From the NCBI RefSeq assembly GCF_964188315.1, contig NC_135663.1:20460001-20524000 (forward strand): a stretch of 64,000 nt of DNA, in the 5' to 3' direction. Of this stretch, positions 1 through 14,020 are shown in pieces (position 1 is the stretch's first letter; each line of letters begins with the position of its first letter). The stretch is from Podarcis muralis. Taxonomy: Eukaryota. The notes below the pieces were generated by a model. It was not told the origin of the DNA and made no database searches. It saw only the letters and a list, made by a program, of their open reading frames with translations. Both the position numbers and the translations under genes were made by a program.

Positions 1-679
1 GTCTGCGTGTCTGCACTCTTAAGATCCTTAATCTTCTTGCCCTCAATTGGGCTAAATCCCATAGATTCTCAAACTGGTAGGGGTATTTCGATCTAATAAA
101 TGAACTCTCAATAACATCAAGCAGCCAGAGAAGGCAAAAAAGAAAAGAAGAAAAAAAAAACAAGTGAAAAAAACAAATTGTAGTTCCTCTTCCTACCACC
201 GGGGACTATGGTCCGGCGGCGAAAGGTTCGGCAAAAGACAAAACCGGTGGGAGAGGGGCAGCATGGGAAAAAAAAACAAAAGGAAAAGAAAAGATATTCC
301 CCGCTTCGGAATTGTAATCCCTCTGAGTACCGGCAATTTATTCTTTCAATATTTAAGTGTTCATAAAGCCTTGGATTTGATTTAGACAATAGCAGTATGC
401 CAAACAGACGACCCCTCTCTCCTGCTTCCCCTTTCTGTTGCACACAGCAGCCGAAGTGAACAATGGAGTCTCTGAAACAGTGTGCTCCTTCTTGCGCAGA
501 GCTTTTAGGAGTGAGACTGCCGATCCTTCTTGCCCCTTCGTTGTAGTGGGGACTGGAGGTTCAAAAAGCCTATACAGGCTACTAGCAATAAAGTTTCTTT
601 TTGTTCCCCTCTACTTTCCTTTTTCACTGTTACTTAGTTTCAAGCATTTCGGAAAGTTTCCGAGGGAAAAGAAGTTTAA

Positions 680-1135
680 CCGCTAGCGACACTTACGTTT
701 TTCTCCGCTTTGCTTAGATCTCTGCGTCCGCCATGATTCCAGATAGAAAGTTGAGCTCTTTTTGACTTCCTTACAGTTCGAATTATTTTTAGATCGAGTC
801 CGAATTATATCCTCCTTATTTAAGCTCGAATTACTTTTTTTTGAGAATCCAGCGCTTTTCCCTCAGGCTCGGGGCTTCGCTTTCTCGGAGGGAGCTATGG
901 CTTCCCTCAGCCCGCTTCCCCCCCGCCGTACTCCTCGCTCCGAAATCGGAGTTACCTGACGGCCGGGAGGCTCGCGATTTGGCTCCGCGGGAACCAGTGT
1001 ATCTGCACGCCCTCCAGATACTTTTCAGGGGACCGCTGCGCCCTGCGGAACCCCTATTTTCCTCCGAGAAGCTCGGGTTTCTCCGCTGTGAAGAAATCCC
1101 CTCCTGAGTCGGATTCGCGCTGAACCGGAAGTCGT
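680..1135 (-). promoter_or_regulatory. CpG-island promoter and 5' non-coding exon(s) of an unidentified minus-strand gene
   Basis: CpG-rich segment in an AT-rich background. ETS motif CCGGAAGT at 1125-1132. YY1-like ATCATGGCGG on the minus strand near 728-737. Two minus-strand splice donors: CAG|GTAACT (exon ends 956) and AAC|GTAAGT (exon ends 697). No recognisable CDS, so gene identity is unknown. Confidence 0.75.
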
Positions 1136-2049
1136 GCCAACAATATCTTAAATGCTGTACTATTTCTGCCCCAAAGGGCTAACCATCTTCATTAGATATG
1201 TAAACCTGTCCTTCAGCCTGAAGCTTGCTGACTGTTTATAAACCATTCATTAAAGCGAACACATGGCTATCACATAAAAACCATAAAACCAATAAACATA
1301 ATATTGTTACACACCACCCCATCTCTGTCAAGCAGTGCACAAGACTTCGGGGGTTCCAGGCACTTACCCAGGGTTTGTGTTTCCTTTGGGAAGGAGGCAC
1401 AGTGGAGTCTGTGGTGCCTTTATGATATATGGTTCATTTACACATATATACAACCTGAAGCCTAGATGGGAGAGGAATTCAGAACATCACATCCCAAGTG
1501 GCGCCAACTTCTCCCAAGGCCAGCAGCATCCCTGCCCTGCAGCTTGCCTTTCCCTGAGAACAGTCAGATCTTACCTGTTCTAACTTTGCTAACTTAAGCC
1601 CTGGTCTTTTGTAACAAAGAAAAAGGCCCCACTCATCTGCATTCTCACATCTGGTTGTTGTTGTTTTTAATGCTTTGTTGTGCTAACAGATCATTACCCC
1701 CAGGGATTTTACCCCAAAGGAAAATGGCTTTCACATGTGTTGATTGCCTAAGACCAAAAAGGGTGGATGATACACAATTTAGGAAATTTGTCTCGGTTAA
1801 TTAACTCTTCATATATGCTAATTCCATGGGATTAACAGTGGCTAACACACACCTTAAATGCACACAGGTCTTGCTTTCTCCTGGTTCTAACATCCCAACC
1901 TTAATTAAATTCTAACATTAACCTGATCCAGAATTTGGGGTGTGGTTTTTTTTGCACCCACAGATTCGTAACGATACAATGGCAACCTAGCAGCAGAATA
2001 AACCAATTCTTTTATCAGCCATCTCCATAAGGCTGAAATAAGGGAGACA

Positions 2050-2372
2050 GTGTGAGGGACAGACATATTTCCAGGGAGAAGGAATTCCACATCTGAGTGC
2101 CTTAATGAGAAAGCCTCCTTATCACTGCTACATGGTGAACTATCCCTGTTACTACAACTACGAGCAGGGCATCTCCTTCACAAGTCATCAAGTTATGGGA
2201 CAGCACTCCTTCAAATATTTGTCGACCTGTGCTGTGTAGGGCTTTATAGATCAAAGTTAGCTCCTTAAAATTGAGCCCAGTAGTGAGCAGGAAGATATTT
2301 AAGGTCAGCGACACATGATTCCACCTTGCAGCAACAGTGAGTACCCTGGCTGCTGCATTCAGCACCATCTGT
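2050..2372 (-). mobile_element. Degraded L2 LINE ORF2 C-terminal fragment
   Basis: Minus-strand translation MVLNAAARVLT..RWNHV....FK.LTLIYKAL resembles the L2 motif QNAAARL..R.DHITP.L..LHWLP...FK.L.L.YKAL. Confidence 0.7.
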
Positions 2373-2431
2373 GCTTATAGTCTGTCTCCAGGACAGACAA
2401 CATAGCAGATAACATAGATACAGATAACATA

Positions 2432-2769
2432 AAAAGGTAAAGGGACTCCAGTCGTGGACAACTCTGGGGTTGCGGCGCTCATCTCGCTTTACTGGCCGAG
2501 GGAGCCGGCGTACAGCTTCCGGGTCATGCGGCCAGCATGACTAAGCCGCTTCTGGCGAACCAGAGCAGCGCACAGAAACGCCGTTTACCTTCCCGCCAGA
2601 GCGGTACCTATTTATCTACTTGCACTTTGACGTCCTTTCGAACTGCTAGGTTGTCAGGAGCAAGGACCGAGCAACGGGAGCTCACCCCATCGCGGGGATT
2701 CGAACCGCCAACCTTCTGATCAGCAAGTCCTAGGCTCTGTGGTTTAACCCACAGCGCCACCCACATCCC
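2432..2769 (-). mobile_element. Sauria SINE, full length
   Basis: Reverse complement has the tRNA-like head (GGTGGCGCTGTGG..GGTTCGAATCC) and the ...CCCTTTACCTTT tail. 13-bp TSD TACAGATAACATA at 2419-2431 and 2770-2782. Confidence 0.95.
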
Positions 2770-5700
2770 TACAGATAACATAGCAGTAGTTTAAATGACG
2801 TGTTATCAGAGCAATGTAGGTTTCAGATGGATGTTGACATGGCACTGCTAGTGGTATCCCCTACTCCTAGTACTGAGAGGTGTATAGGGATGAATGTCAG
2901 CTTAGGGCAGCTGCTGGTTTAAGCTGCTTGTGCACTGTGTCTAGATTATTGCATGCTGTGATTTATCAATGCATAGGAGTGCATGTGTTCACCAATAAAA
3001 CGCTGCACGAAAAGATTCTTGAAGCAATCGTACCTGCAATCACATTAAAAAAATTTTTTGCAGTGTTCTTTCAGTGCACACATGCACATTAGTAATTGAG
3101 GAGGGAGAAAGATGAAAACTGAAGGAACAAAAATAGTGGCAAACTGTGCATGGTAAAATTCCAGTTTTCATTTTAGGAATCTCCTTAGCAAAACTGAGAT
3201 TCAGGAATAGAGAAATACAGGACAGAGCAAATCAGAGGAACAATAAAGGAATGGAATGGGGAAAATATTCTCCTCCCCAAAAACATTTAGGATATGGTTT
3301 TTATTTTATCACCTTTTAGACAGAAACCTATTAGATTTGCTTGCCAATATCCAATTAATACTGTATTTCAAATAGGCAGGCAGGCTACTGATTTATGCCT
3401 ACTAAACTAACAATTTTATACCCCCACAAAAAGATAATGCAACAAACTTTTTTATTATTCTGCTGGTAATTACTACTGTGACACATGTTCACAAGCAGTT
3501 CTGGGAATATCAAAAATGCAAGTCTGCCAATGGGCTACCCATTGTTTTGCATAGCTATTAAATCCAAAAAAGCCATTAGTAACAAGAATATTCCTGTAAA
3601 TGTTCAGAAGGCAAGTTGGATAAAAGCCTGGAAATATCTTTATGTGGAGTTGTCAGATTCTTTTAAATGGATCATCCATATTAATACATGGGAAGCATTT
3701 TTTTATTTGAATATTGGAACATTAATTCTGCTGACTTTGTCCCTTAATTATTCATTCCAAAGACAAATGTTTTTGTTGAGCTAGTCATACACATTAAAAC
3801 ACTGTTTGGGGATTTATCTCCAGGCAAAATAGTGACCCTGTATGTATATAACACTAAGCCAAACCATGGCTATGTGTGAACTCATGACTGTGTGGGTACC
3901 CAGAGTAAAAACTGCATCCATTTCCTTCTCCCCCAGTCCTACTGCCGCCATGCTACCCAATGCTAATCCATTCTTGGGCTTAGCATTACATCCACATCTG
4001 GACTCGTGGCTTTCCTGGAGTGTGACAAACTATGAAACAGGGTTCGGATAGAGCACTACGTCAGAACATTGCTTAGCTCTTGGCAGTGGGGCAGCAGTAA
4101 GACTGAGGAAGGAGAAAAGCAACCCGGATTTTCACTGTGTGTATCTGCCTATCCATGCCTAAACACAGTTTGGATTAGCACAATGTGTGAATGGGGCCAC
4201 TGTGTACCAATAATGTATAATTCTGCTCTTTGCATTAGCAAGGTCAATGTCATTTTCAGTAAATGTAATTGGAGCTGGACATGCCTTTTTACGTAGAAGA
4301 AGTGAATGAACTGTTTTTGTAAAGAATCCAGTTCAAGAAACAGGATAGGCACATTATCTTCAAGGGGTGCTCCTAAAATAATGTAAGCATGGCAGGAGTC
4401 CCATTTTACATGGGGCCAAAGGCCAAAAGCTGAGGTAGCCAAGATGGTTCTCCCCAAATGTTGTTGGATGACAACTCCCAGCATCCCTGATCACACTGTC
4501 TGGGACTGTTGGTTGCTGGAGTCCTGTCAGAGCAAACTGAAGCAACAGATGAGCTACTGTTGGAGTGGTGTATGGATAGCTTAATAATCTGGTTCTAATT
4601 TTTCCAGAGCATATTTAGACCTTTGCTTGCCCCTCAGTTTATACTGCAAAAGGCTGACTGCTGTATGTAGCAAGAAGCACAGACTTGGGAGCACCTGCAC
4701 ATTCTTCCACAGTAGCCCTATCAAACTTTAAGATCTGAGTATTATAGGAAGTGGGAAGAGGAGAGAAACAACAGCTGTGGCTGATGGCTACCCTCTTTCT
4801 CTTTTGTGTTCATTTTTTGCTCAGTTGGTGCTGTGGAAGGGGGGGGGCTTTCGATGTGGATGCTTGTGGACAGCTCTTCATGCCGATCAGGTGGATTGGA
4901 CGGTGGGAGCGAAAGTTGTCCAAGCTGCTCAAAAGCCACGGGTGAGAGTCTCTTGGCACAGAGTGGGACCCTCTTTGTGCAAGAGACTAAGGAGGAGTAA
5001 GTGGGCTGTACCAGATTAGAGTGGGAACTGTTGTTAAACCCGTTTTGTTGTTTATCCAGTTGTATGTCCTATTTGGTTAATTTAGGAATTCCAATTGTCC
5101 TCAATGCAGTTTAGCTTTGCCTGCTTTATGATGGAGCTGTCAATTTGTTTATTGGATCTATTGTTCTTATGGAGTCTGTATTTTTTGTATATTTTTTCTG
5201 TATATTTTTGTACTTACTCTTATTTCATCATTCCCTGCTCTGGGATTGAAAATATTTAATGATGAGTGGTGTTTTATAAACACACACACACACGTATCTA
5301 GATGTTGATTGCTTTTACTTGTTATTGAAGCCATCACCCAAGCGGTAACAGCCTCAACTTTTTCTATGTGCTTGTACTTCGGAAACAGTGTTATTATTTC
5401 AGGAAAGAAATTAGTTATCAGTGGTTAATGTGAGAAAAGCTTCAATTAGGCACTAATTATTGATCTTTCATAAATCTCCAATCAGGGGGAAGTAGAGGAA
5501 GCTGCCCTTGGCAGAAAACCTCTATACAACATTCATCCCCAAGCAAAATGTTTCCAGCTGAGTTTAAAAGTCCTGAAAATGAATTTCTAATGAAAATACT
5601 AAGAGCCCCTTAAATACAATGGTGCTAGCGGGCACTACTAAAATAAATAGAAATCTTTGTCAGTGCCAGAAAAATAAGCCTGTATTACAGGCACTTTTCT

Positions 5701-7172
5701 AGAAGCTTTTTATTATATCTGGATGATGATAATCTTCCCACCAGTGGGCCTGCTGGTTTTTGGCACACATCAAGCTCGTCATAAACATTTTACACATTGC
5801 AAACAGCAGGCATGGTAGACAGCAACAAAACAACAAGGAAACTTTCCCACTATCCTGCAGGTATAAAGAGATACAGAAATGCACCACAATGTCTTATTGG
5901 ATCAATTTGTTTCCAGTAGGAATACGTGCACTCTTAAGTGACTCAAGTCTCAGAATTAAACACAAAAGTGCATATGCTGCCAATGCAATCTCACAAATGG
6001 AGCTACTCGTGCCTTTATTCTCTAACCCAAAATTCAGAGATCATCTCTCAGGCCAGCTCAGAGCCCTCTGCCACCAGTTTTAGTATACATGTCTCCAGCT
6101 GCTACCATCGCCCATTTCATGCTTGTGATTCACACCTGTGCATTAAAATTACCACCATATTGGAGGTGACAGAAAGGTGGAAACATGAAACACCTACTGC
6201 AAGAGGTATGGGGCATACTTTCAGCTCTGTTTATCTCTACATGTCTGTAGCAGGGTGGTCATGGTTGGTTCCCAATTCACAAATAACTAAGCATGAATAT
6301 TATATTCAGAGATACAGCTACCAATACTTACCTTATATCACAAGCTATAAGCTATACTGTCATCACAGTACAACCAGTCTGGTACTGCAGGCTGCTTTTT
6401 TGACAAGACCAGCCTTATAAGAAAGCCCAGGAACGTTACTAAAAATTGTTACTAGCCTACATATACCAGTGTTAGCCAGGGAAAACTACTGCAACAGAAT
6501 TCCATATATTTATCAGGATGTATTTCTCGTTTGCCAGAGGCAACTGGTTGAGTGGTTATTTACAAGCCTGGTCTATCATTTTAGAACACTCAGCCTAGTG
6601 ATTAAACCAAGAAAGTGACGATAAATTTGGAGAAGCAGCAGTCTCCAAACTCAAAAAAGAGCTGATCATCTTTACACCAAGCACTGTCTATGGCCACAAC
6701 TCCACACTGATCAAATCTGTTTATTGAGGAAGATTTATATGCATTCAATTAAATAGCCCATTCTCTCAAGGAAGAATCACGTTTGGTGCAATTCTCTCCG
6801 TTATCCTGTCCACCTCATCCTATAGGCAGATAACATTACAATATTGTAGTTTAATTAAAACTCAACTCAACTCCTGGACTGGCGCAGTTTCAGAACCAAA
6901 AGTATACCAAAGCTACAAATCAGACTGAAAAGAGACATCAAGGGAAGCTGAACTCCATTCATGATGGAAATCCAAATCTTCCTCAGACCAAAGACTCTCC
7001 CAGCCATCACTACTTCTATGATATCAAGGGTCAGATGTAACTGATGCACCCAGGTATCAAAACTAGGGATTGCACCTGGTTCAGATTTTAAAAGGGAGAG
7101 AGGTGGGCACAGATATAGAAGGTGCTTTCCTTATAGCAAAATCAGTGATGGCATAATTGCTACATTCTATAT

Positions 7173-7290
7173 CAGGGTTTCCCAAACTTGGGTCTCCAGC
7201 TGTTTTTGGACTACAACTCCCATCATCGCTAGCTAGTAGGACCAATGGTCAGGAATGATGGGAACTGTAGTCCAAAAACAGCTGGAGATC
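7173..7290. mobile_element. Palindromic hAT-type MITE
   Basis: Starts CAGGGTTTCCCAAAC. Internal inverted repeat CTCCAGCTGTTTTTGGACTACAACTCCCATCAT / ATGATGGGAACTGTAGTCCAAAAACAGCTGGAG. Right terminus eroded. Confidence 0.75.
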
Positions 7291-7559
7291 GCTCCCCTGC
7301 CCATGTTGTTTGGACTCCAACAGGAAAGTTCTAGCACAGAAGCATCTGGAGGGCTGCAAGTTCCCCACCAGTGCTTTAACCAGTTTTAACTAATGATGGG
7401 GCAAACCCCCAACTCAGGCTTCAAATAGCATTCCAAATTATGGGCTGGATGGTCAACTTGTGGGAGGGAAGATTTAAGATTTAAATCTTAAGATTTAAGG
7501 CATTACTACAGGTGTTGTGTAATACCTGATCCACATTTATATGAACTCAATCACTTAGT

Positions 7560-7845
7560 GTGGCAGCGTCTATACTTTGGACCTCCCTACCTATTGATAT
7601 CAAGCTGATGCCTTCACTGTATTCCTTTTGGTGCCTGCAAAAAATATTCCTGTTTAGACAAGCCTGCCCAGCTGCTTAGAAAGTTGGGGTAATTTTAAGC
7701 GGCTTTAGTATTTTAAACTTTTGTATGTTTTAAAGTAGGGCTGTATTTTTTTCCTTGATTTTGCTATTTTATCTTTTCAAAACCGCTCTCAGTTTTTGTT
7801 TTACAATCAAGCAGTGTATAATTTTTACAAAATAAATAAATAATG
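7560..7845 (+). mobile_element. Old L2 LINE 3' end
   Basis: L2-like 3' sequence ending ..AAACCGCTCTCAG..CAAGCAGTGTATAA..AAATAAATAAATAA. Confidence 0.5.
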
Positions 7846-10800
7846 AATAAGTTGTTCACTAGCTTGACTTGCAGTAAAATCTAAGCTGGAGAAAAGCTCA
7901 CAGGTTCATAACTGTTGCTTGTATTTGCAAATATAAATGTTGGTGGCAACACTAAATGTAACCACATTTTATAGTTACCCCCACTCTGGTAAATATCTTC
8001 CATTCCAGATCAATCAGACCTATCAATAATTTAAAACCAGGCAAACCAAACTTTTGAAAACTTTGCATCAAAGTATTATATTGCCCTCCTAAGTATTTTA
8101 TACATCAAGTATTAGCTTTAAAACTAAGATATACCATTACTGTTATTCTGAAATGTGTATTTCCAGGGGTGGGGAAAGCTTCCAGTATCTCTAAGTACAA
8201 TTGTACTTGCAGGCTCTGCCATAGCAAAAGAAAATATTACATCAATAAAATTATAATCGTTTGACACTAACGGTTTGCCAAAACAAACAATTCCACATGA
8301 CAAACAAGCACCATAAATATGGCTGTCATCTTAAATTAAATCTCTTTCCAAAAGGCTGGAAGGAGTTCTTTGAAATAATGCCATAATGCAGCTGTTCAGT
8401 GTGTTTCTTTTTAATGAAACATCCTATTGAGTCTGATTATTCCTCTAACTTGAAAATTACAGCTTTGAATGATTATGAATTTCCTTAAATACATTCATGT
8501 GACTCAGTGTAGACATTTCTGAATCTATAATTATTTCCTCAACATATTAAAAGTATAGAATGAACTGTAAATCAGGAACATGTTTTTTTTTAAGAAAAGA
8601 AAAGAAAAACCCTAAGTGTTAAACATCAGAGGTGTACAGTAATTTTAGGTTTTGAAGGGAGGCGGTGGAAGCAAGATTTCATGAGCAAGGCCAAAATTGA
8701 CAGTATATAGCAATTTTTATTAGTCTTATGGGTTTTGTTCTCACAGTGTACACCTGTGAAAATGTGGTGGGCTTTGTAAACCACTAGGTAAGCATGAAAA
8801 GAGGCATTTAACTACTTAAAATAAATAAATAAATAAAATTCAACTCTTGGTCTCCCTTATCCAAATCCACATTCTATTGAGACAGCATATATGAACGTGC
8901 ATCTCCAGGATGTTCTGCCAGTATTTCCACAGTGCTTAGTGGTCTGGTGTTTCTACAGGTTCCACATCTCAAGATGTGAAAAGTACTTACTTGTCTGACA
9001 CCTGCTTCATAAAGAGCATTTTGAGAACTACCCAGTAGTTCAATCGCTATCAGGCAGAAAGCTGTTATAAAATGGCAGCTCTGACTGAAAAGGTAATTTC
9101 GAAACCAATTCACTTAAGTTTGAAATGATTTCCATAAAGAACTTTCATTTTACATTCTAAGAATTAAATAAGCCAATGTTTCTAATGAAATGGTGTAGTT
9201 CATATATCTATTTGTGGCAAAATTGAAGCAGCATCCTATAAATTTATTTCTCAAAGAGGAAACTAGAAGACTTCCAATAAGTATACTATTAGTTAAGTAC
9301 AAGATACCACATTCTTTTCTTTTTCTCTTAACACTTCTGGAAGCAGCATACAAAGCCAAAGTTAACCACACTACAGCTATCAATTCTTTCTTACAGATAG
9401 ATACTTGGCATGGTGATGCCTTATATTTCAGACAAATCTGGTTGCAGATTCAAAGCCTGAACAAATTTTGTGGGCATTACGGTAACACTTGAGGCTATTT
9501 GGTAAAATTCCCAGGTGTGACATACTGATGGGCTGGTAAGTAATTATAAAGCCAAGCTTAAAATTGTAATTATGTTCAAAAATGTTTCCATTAATTTCCA
9601 AGGGGCTCCATATTTTTCTGGCAATTATTAGAATGGAAAGGAAATTCTGTTATTCATAATCTGCACATTCACTTATAGATTGCCCTGGACTCTAGAGCAT
9701 TTCATTTGTTTAATGCATACTGATGATCTATGGTACACAGCATAGTCTGAAGCAGAGCCGTTGAACTCTTTCTTTTTTCAATTTGGATAGTGCATCCGGG
9801 GAAGCGTTTAAGTAAAATGAAGAGCATTAAAATGCAAAATATCTTGCTACAGTAGATTGATGAGTTGAATTACATTGACATTTCTTCCTACCCTGATAAA
9901 TATCTCTCTGACCTTAGACATTGCTATGTAACCGACCACTGCAGGACACCACGGCTAATACAGACATCATTGGGCCTAGAAAATAACTTCTTTGTGTTAC
10001 AAGTGTGTGTGATTTTCTGTCATTACCAGGATGGCATGGATTGAAATTGGAAGACGGATCTGTTGACACATTAGATAACCGTGCTCTGTCCAAAAGCTAC
10101 ACGGGGTAGCTTTAAAGGAGAGGAAAGAAATTTCAGAACAGGTCCCATGTCACGCCATCAATTACAATGCTGTCATATTAATGGCTAAGGGGAGGCAGGG
10201 GAGCGATGACAATAGGTGCATTCATCTTGCTAGTGCTCTGGAAAAGGTGCACCTGTATCCCAGTGCACTTTGTCTCCTGCTGTCCCCCGATGCATCTGAT
10301 AGTGGGAATGTTACCTATCTGTCATCGCTTCCAGCTGAAAGGCACCTTGACTATAGTTAATGGCTGTAACTGGAACAAATGTAGCTGCTTCCTCTTCCAC
10401 ACAACCCAGATTTTTTTCTTATGGTGCTCAAATATCAGGAATAAATAATGCCCCTGGATAAGAAAATACAAAGAATAGGCTACTATATTTATAGCATAGA
10501 TTATTACCAACATTTGAAAGTTTTGGTTCCCCATACCTATTTGCCTAGCTCATATTATAAAGAAAGTATTATTTTTAAATTCTCTGACAATGCTTGTTAT
10601 TGTTATTGTATACCCAATTCCAAATTGAGTCAGGGAGGGGGCTGATCATCATTTTATTATACACAGAGTTGTGTTTGGTTTGATTAGATTCTATTCTCTG
10701 TATTCCTTTGTTGTTGGATACTGAGATTGTGCATTTCATATGGCTAATTGGACTGATTTTTATATATATATTTCAACACTACGCTGATCAAAGGAGTTCA

Positions 10801-11069
10801 GATAGAGCTAGGATTTTAAAACATGCATTTCCAATTCAGGTGTCATAAGAGTTAGATCACCTGATCATATTTTTACACTTTGTATTAGTTTGGTACAGTA
10901 TAAGCATTACTGTCATTATATGAGAAAAACACCTACTACTTTCACACTATTTTAATCTCCCTGATTAAGAATATGAAAAAGTGGTTAGTGTATGTGAATG
11001 TGGTAGAAAATCTCTCTGTGTGTGCATGTGGAGGGGGTGTTGCAAGTCCCATCCTCAATTAGGATAGTC

Positions 11070-11244
11070 TTTTGCACATGCTCAGGGCATCTGAGTATTG
11101 GGAATTAACCCTGAAGAGCCTTTCTGAAGACAGCCCTGTTTAGGGAAGCTTTCAATGTTTGATGTATTACGGTATTTTAATATCTTGTTGGAAGCTGCCC
11201 AGAGTGACTGGGGAAGCCCAGCCAGATGGGCAGGGTATAAATAA

Positions 11245-11293
<49 letters not shown>
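11070..11293 (+). mobile_element. L2 LINE 3' end with (ATT)n tail
   Basis: ...GAAGACAGCCCTGTTTAGGGAAG...CCAGATGGGCAGGGTATAAATAA then (ATT)n at about 11245-11293. Related 3' sequence recurs at 21675-21771, 22430-22500 and 50460-50575. Confidence 0.8.
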
Positions 11294-11295
<2 letters not shown>

Positions 11296-11399
11296 TCCTG
11301 ACTCCAGTGAGGATTTTCTGCTAGTAGCTCCCACACACCCATCACTGAGGTGGGTTTGATTCAGATGCTACCTTATCCGACACAGAGCACTGGTACATC

Positions 11400-11545
11400 T
11401 AACTCTGTACTGTCTACATCGTCTGGCAAAGGTTCTTCAGGTTTCAAACAGGCATCTTTCCCAGCCTTACCTGGAGGTGCTGGGGTTTGAACCTAAAATC
11501 TTCTTTGTGCAAAGTACATGGTCTACCAAGATATTGCCCTTCACT
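11400..11545 (-). mobile_element. tRNA-derived SINE (non-Sauria, Squam-type), degraded
   Basis: Reverse complement resembles the copy at 23935-24130 (B-box-like GGTTCAAACC, then CTCCAGGTAAGGCTGGGAAAG). Confidence 0.6.
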
Positions 11546-11805
11546 AATTCTTTGAGAGGGTGCAACTGGCAAGGAGAACTGGCTGATGGTGGCAAACACA
11601 TCAGCAGTCAGGGCCAAACTTTAAGAGTCATTTGGTCTAAGCTTGTAACGGACCATGGATTTCCAATTGGGAGGGTTTATATTGCAACATCTTCCCATTC
11701 CAGAACTTGACACTGTTGTTGTTGTCATCACTAGTCTCACCTGGTTTAGCCAGCCAATTGAAGCCATTTACCAGGATATGGCTGCTGTCACATGCTTTTA
11801 GGAGC

Positions 11806-12147
11806 CACTGGTGAGAGCTAAGTGGGGGGCAGGGGTGGAGGAAGGGGGGCAGTGGGTGCTGTCCGCCCCAGGTGTCACCACTGATGGGGGTGAAAAATGC
11901 CGGGCGGCACTCACCGCGGGGCCTGCAGTGTGCCTGAGCCACGCGTCTCTCCTGGGAGAGACACGGTGGCTTGGGCGTGCACAGGCTCCGCACTGCCCAA
12001 ACGGTGCGCCTGCTGCCTGCCCCCATCTGTAGGGCAGCTGAGTGGGAGAAGGCATGCAGACTCCAGAGGCCCTGCGGTGCACCCCACCCCTATGGGTGGC
12101 TTTCTCTGCCCCTGGGCCAGGTGCCTCAGCGGCTTCTTCCGCCACTG
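11806..12147. mobile_element. GC-rich non-autonomous DNA transposon (hAT-like), degenerate left end
   Basis: Right end ..CCGCCACTG (TIR-like CAGTGGCGG), left CACTGGTGAGAGCT. Sharp GC boundary. No TSD recovered. Confidence 0.55.
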
Positions 12148-14020
12148 AGGGAACCAAAGGTGGACAAACCACCCCAGAAGGAATGCAATGTCAGAGGTAT
12201 TGCCCCTCCCCTAACACCCCATACACACCAAAGCATTGTTCGTTTGGCCCTGACTGATGATGTGTTTGCCACCATGATTATTTTATGAGATTTCATACTG
12301 TGTTACTTATTTATTAGGTACCTAAAATACTATGGTTGAAATAAATACAACAAACATATCCATGCAAGTACTTAATTTTCACATGAAGGAATCAAGCCTA
12401 CCTCAAAAATCATTCCCCAATTCCAGATGCATGGATGCTGGTTGTAAATATTTTCTAATAACTATCTTTACCGTAGGCAGATATAGCCCAAGGGCTTTAT
12501 TTTTTAGTGCTGTGACTTTTCATAGCAGAAAATAGTGGGCAATATATTTACAAAGCATAAAAAAAAACATTATGGAGATTGGTGGTGAGGTACCAAGGCA
12601 CGGATGTGGCATTAAAAGTCAGGGAAATAATCACCTCTTGCTAAATCAGTTTAACTCAAATCAATGATACAGAAAATTCGTGTTTATGCTTTACATGTTA
12701 CAAAATGGAAAAGTTGAATAAATAGATTTTTATTAAAATAAGATAGTGTTTGAAACTATGCACACAATCATAATGAACAATATGAAACTTCAGAAGGGGA
12801 TTGCTGAGATTTGTATACATTCGGAATAACAACAGATATTCAGTGAGAGCTCTGAGGATTCAACCTAATGGGCTCAAGCCTAAGATAGATGAATTTGCAC
12901 AATGGAGCTTGCCATACTCCTCTCTACCAGTATAACCCCATAAAAAGGCACTCCATAGTGTCAAAGTACCCTCTGGAACCCTGGGTGATGAGGCACTAAA
13001 AGCTGCAGCAGGACAGGAAATTTAGGAGCATTCAGTGAGGGCTGCCCCACCAAGCAAAAGTACCTTTCTGCTCATGCAACACATCTGTGGATCCAGGTGA
13101 AAATTCAAGGTGTTCTAAGGTATTATTACTCCTAACATTTAACACAACATTATGCAACATTATGCTTATTTGGTTACATGCACAATACATTTTGTATATA
13201 TTGTTGAAGCGCCAGCTTTTGGTTTAGGGTGGGTTATTTTATTATGCATATATATGTTGTTGCTATATACATAAAATAATCTAATATAAATAAATATAAT
13301 AATTATAACTGTGATATACCTATAATTGTAAGCATGAAATATTGGAAATGTGTGGGGGGGGGGAGAGACAGAAAACAAAGTATTCTACTAGTTGCAAAGC
13401 TGTTAACAATTCAGAGAGCACCTAGATTAGGCACAATCTCCAACAGGTTATTGTGTCTTGACTTTACATAACACGGCTCTTATTTAGAAGGATGTGTGAA
13501 GACATCACTTAGGGTCTTAGATATTTTAATCTGTGCAGGGTACAAGTCAGGTTAATATGCCAGAAAGCAGCTAAGCCTAAGTGATAACCTTTTGGTCTCT
13601 CTCACTTGTGTTTCCCTGCCGCCGCCCCCCCCCCTCTGTTTCAATATTTTGTATGATTATGGGACAAAAGGGAAAAGTACAAGATGGAAAGACAGCAGAA
13701 ATAAACACCATTCCTTCAGTAAGGGAAAGGTCTCACCATGAGGCCAGTAAAAGGGCATCAAAGGTTAATAGCCACAGGAAAGTCAGTCAATTTCCCATTT
13801 ATTTCCACAGCATCTTGACTGCTGCTCTCAATGCACTGGCATTGTTATGGAACGGTGCGACATGCAAATATAAGCATAACATAATTGGAACACAAAAAGA
13901 TGCCAAGGAGTTGGTTGATTGACTGGCTTTCTTTATTTTGAACAATAAGGATTGGTTTTTAGCTAATCAGAGTGCACAGGAGACTACCACACTTATGGGA
14001 AGTTCAAGTGATTAGATATA

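Noticed and set aside
4730-5280. GC-richer block followed by T-rich tract, possible LTR/L1 remnant
   Set aside because: No termini, TSD or protein motif could be assigned. Likewise for repeat-like stretches at 16320-16570, 36610-36790 and 39030-39340.
9397-10105. Phase-compatible plus-strand exon candidates (9397-9481 IDTWHGDALY..; 10030-10105 WHGLKLEDGSVD..), and 20280-20387 (SANDPFVAHLYKQY..*)
   Set aside because: The acceptors are good, but I recognise no protein and the donors are middling. Such short open exons are expected by chance. tBLASTn or RNA-seq would be needed.
11082-11359. Poly-Ile/poly-Leu ORFs (also at 18752, 21389 and 50319)
   Set aside because: Translations of (ATT)n or (CCT)n retroposon tails.
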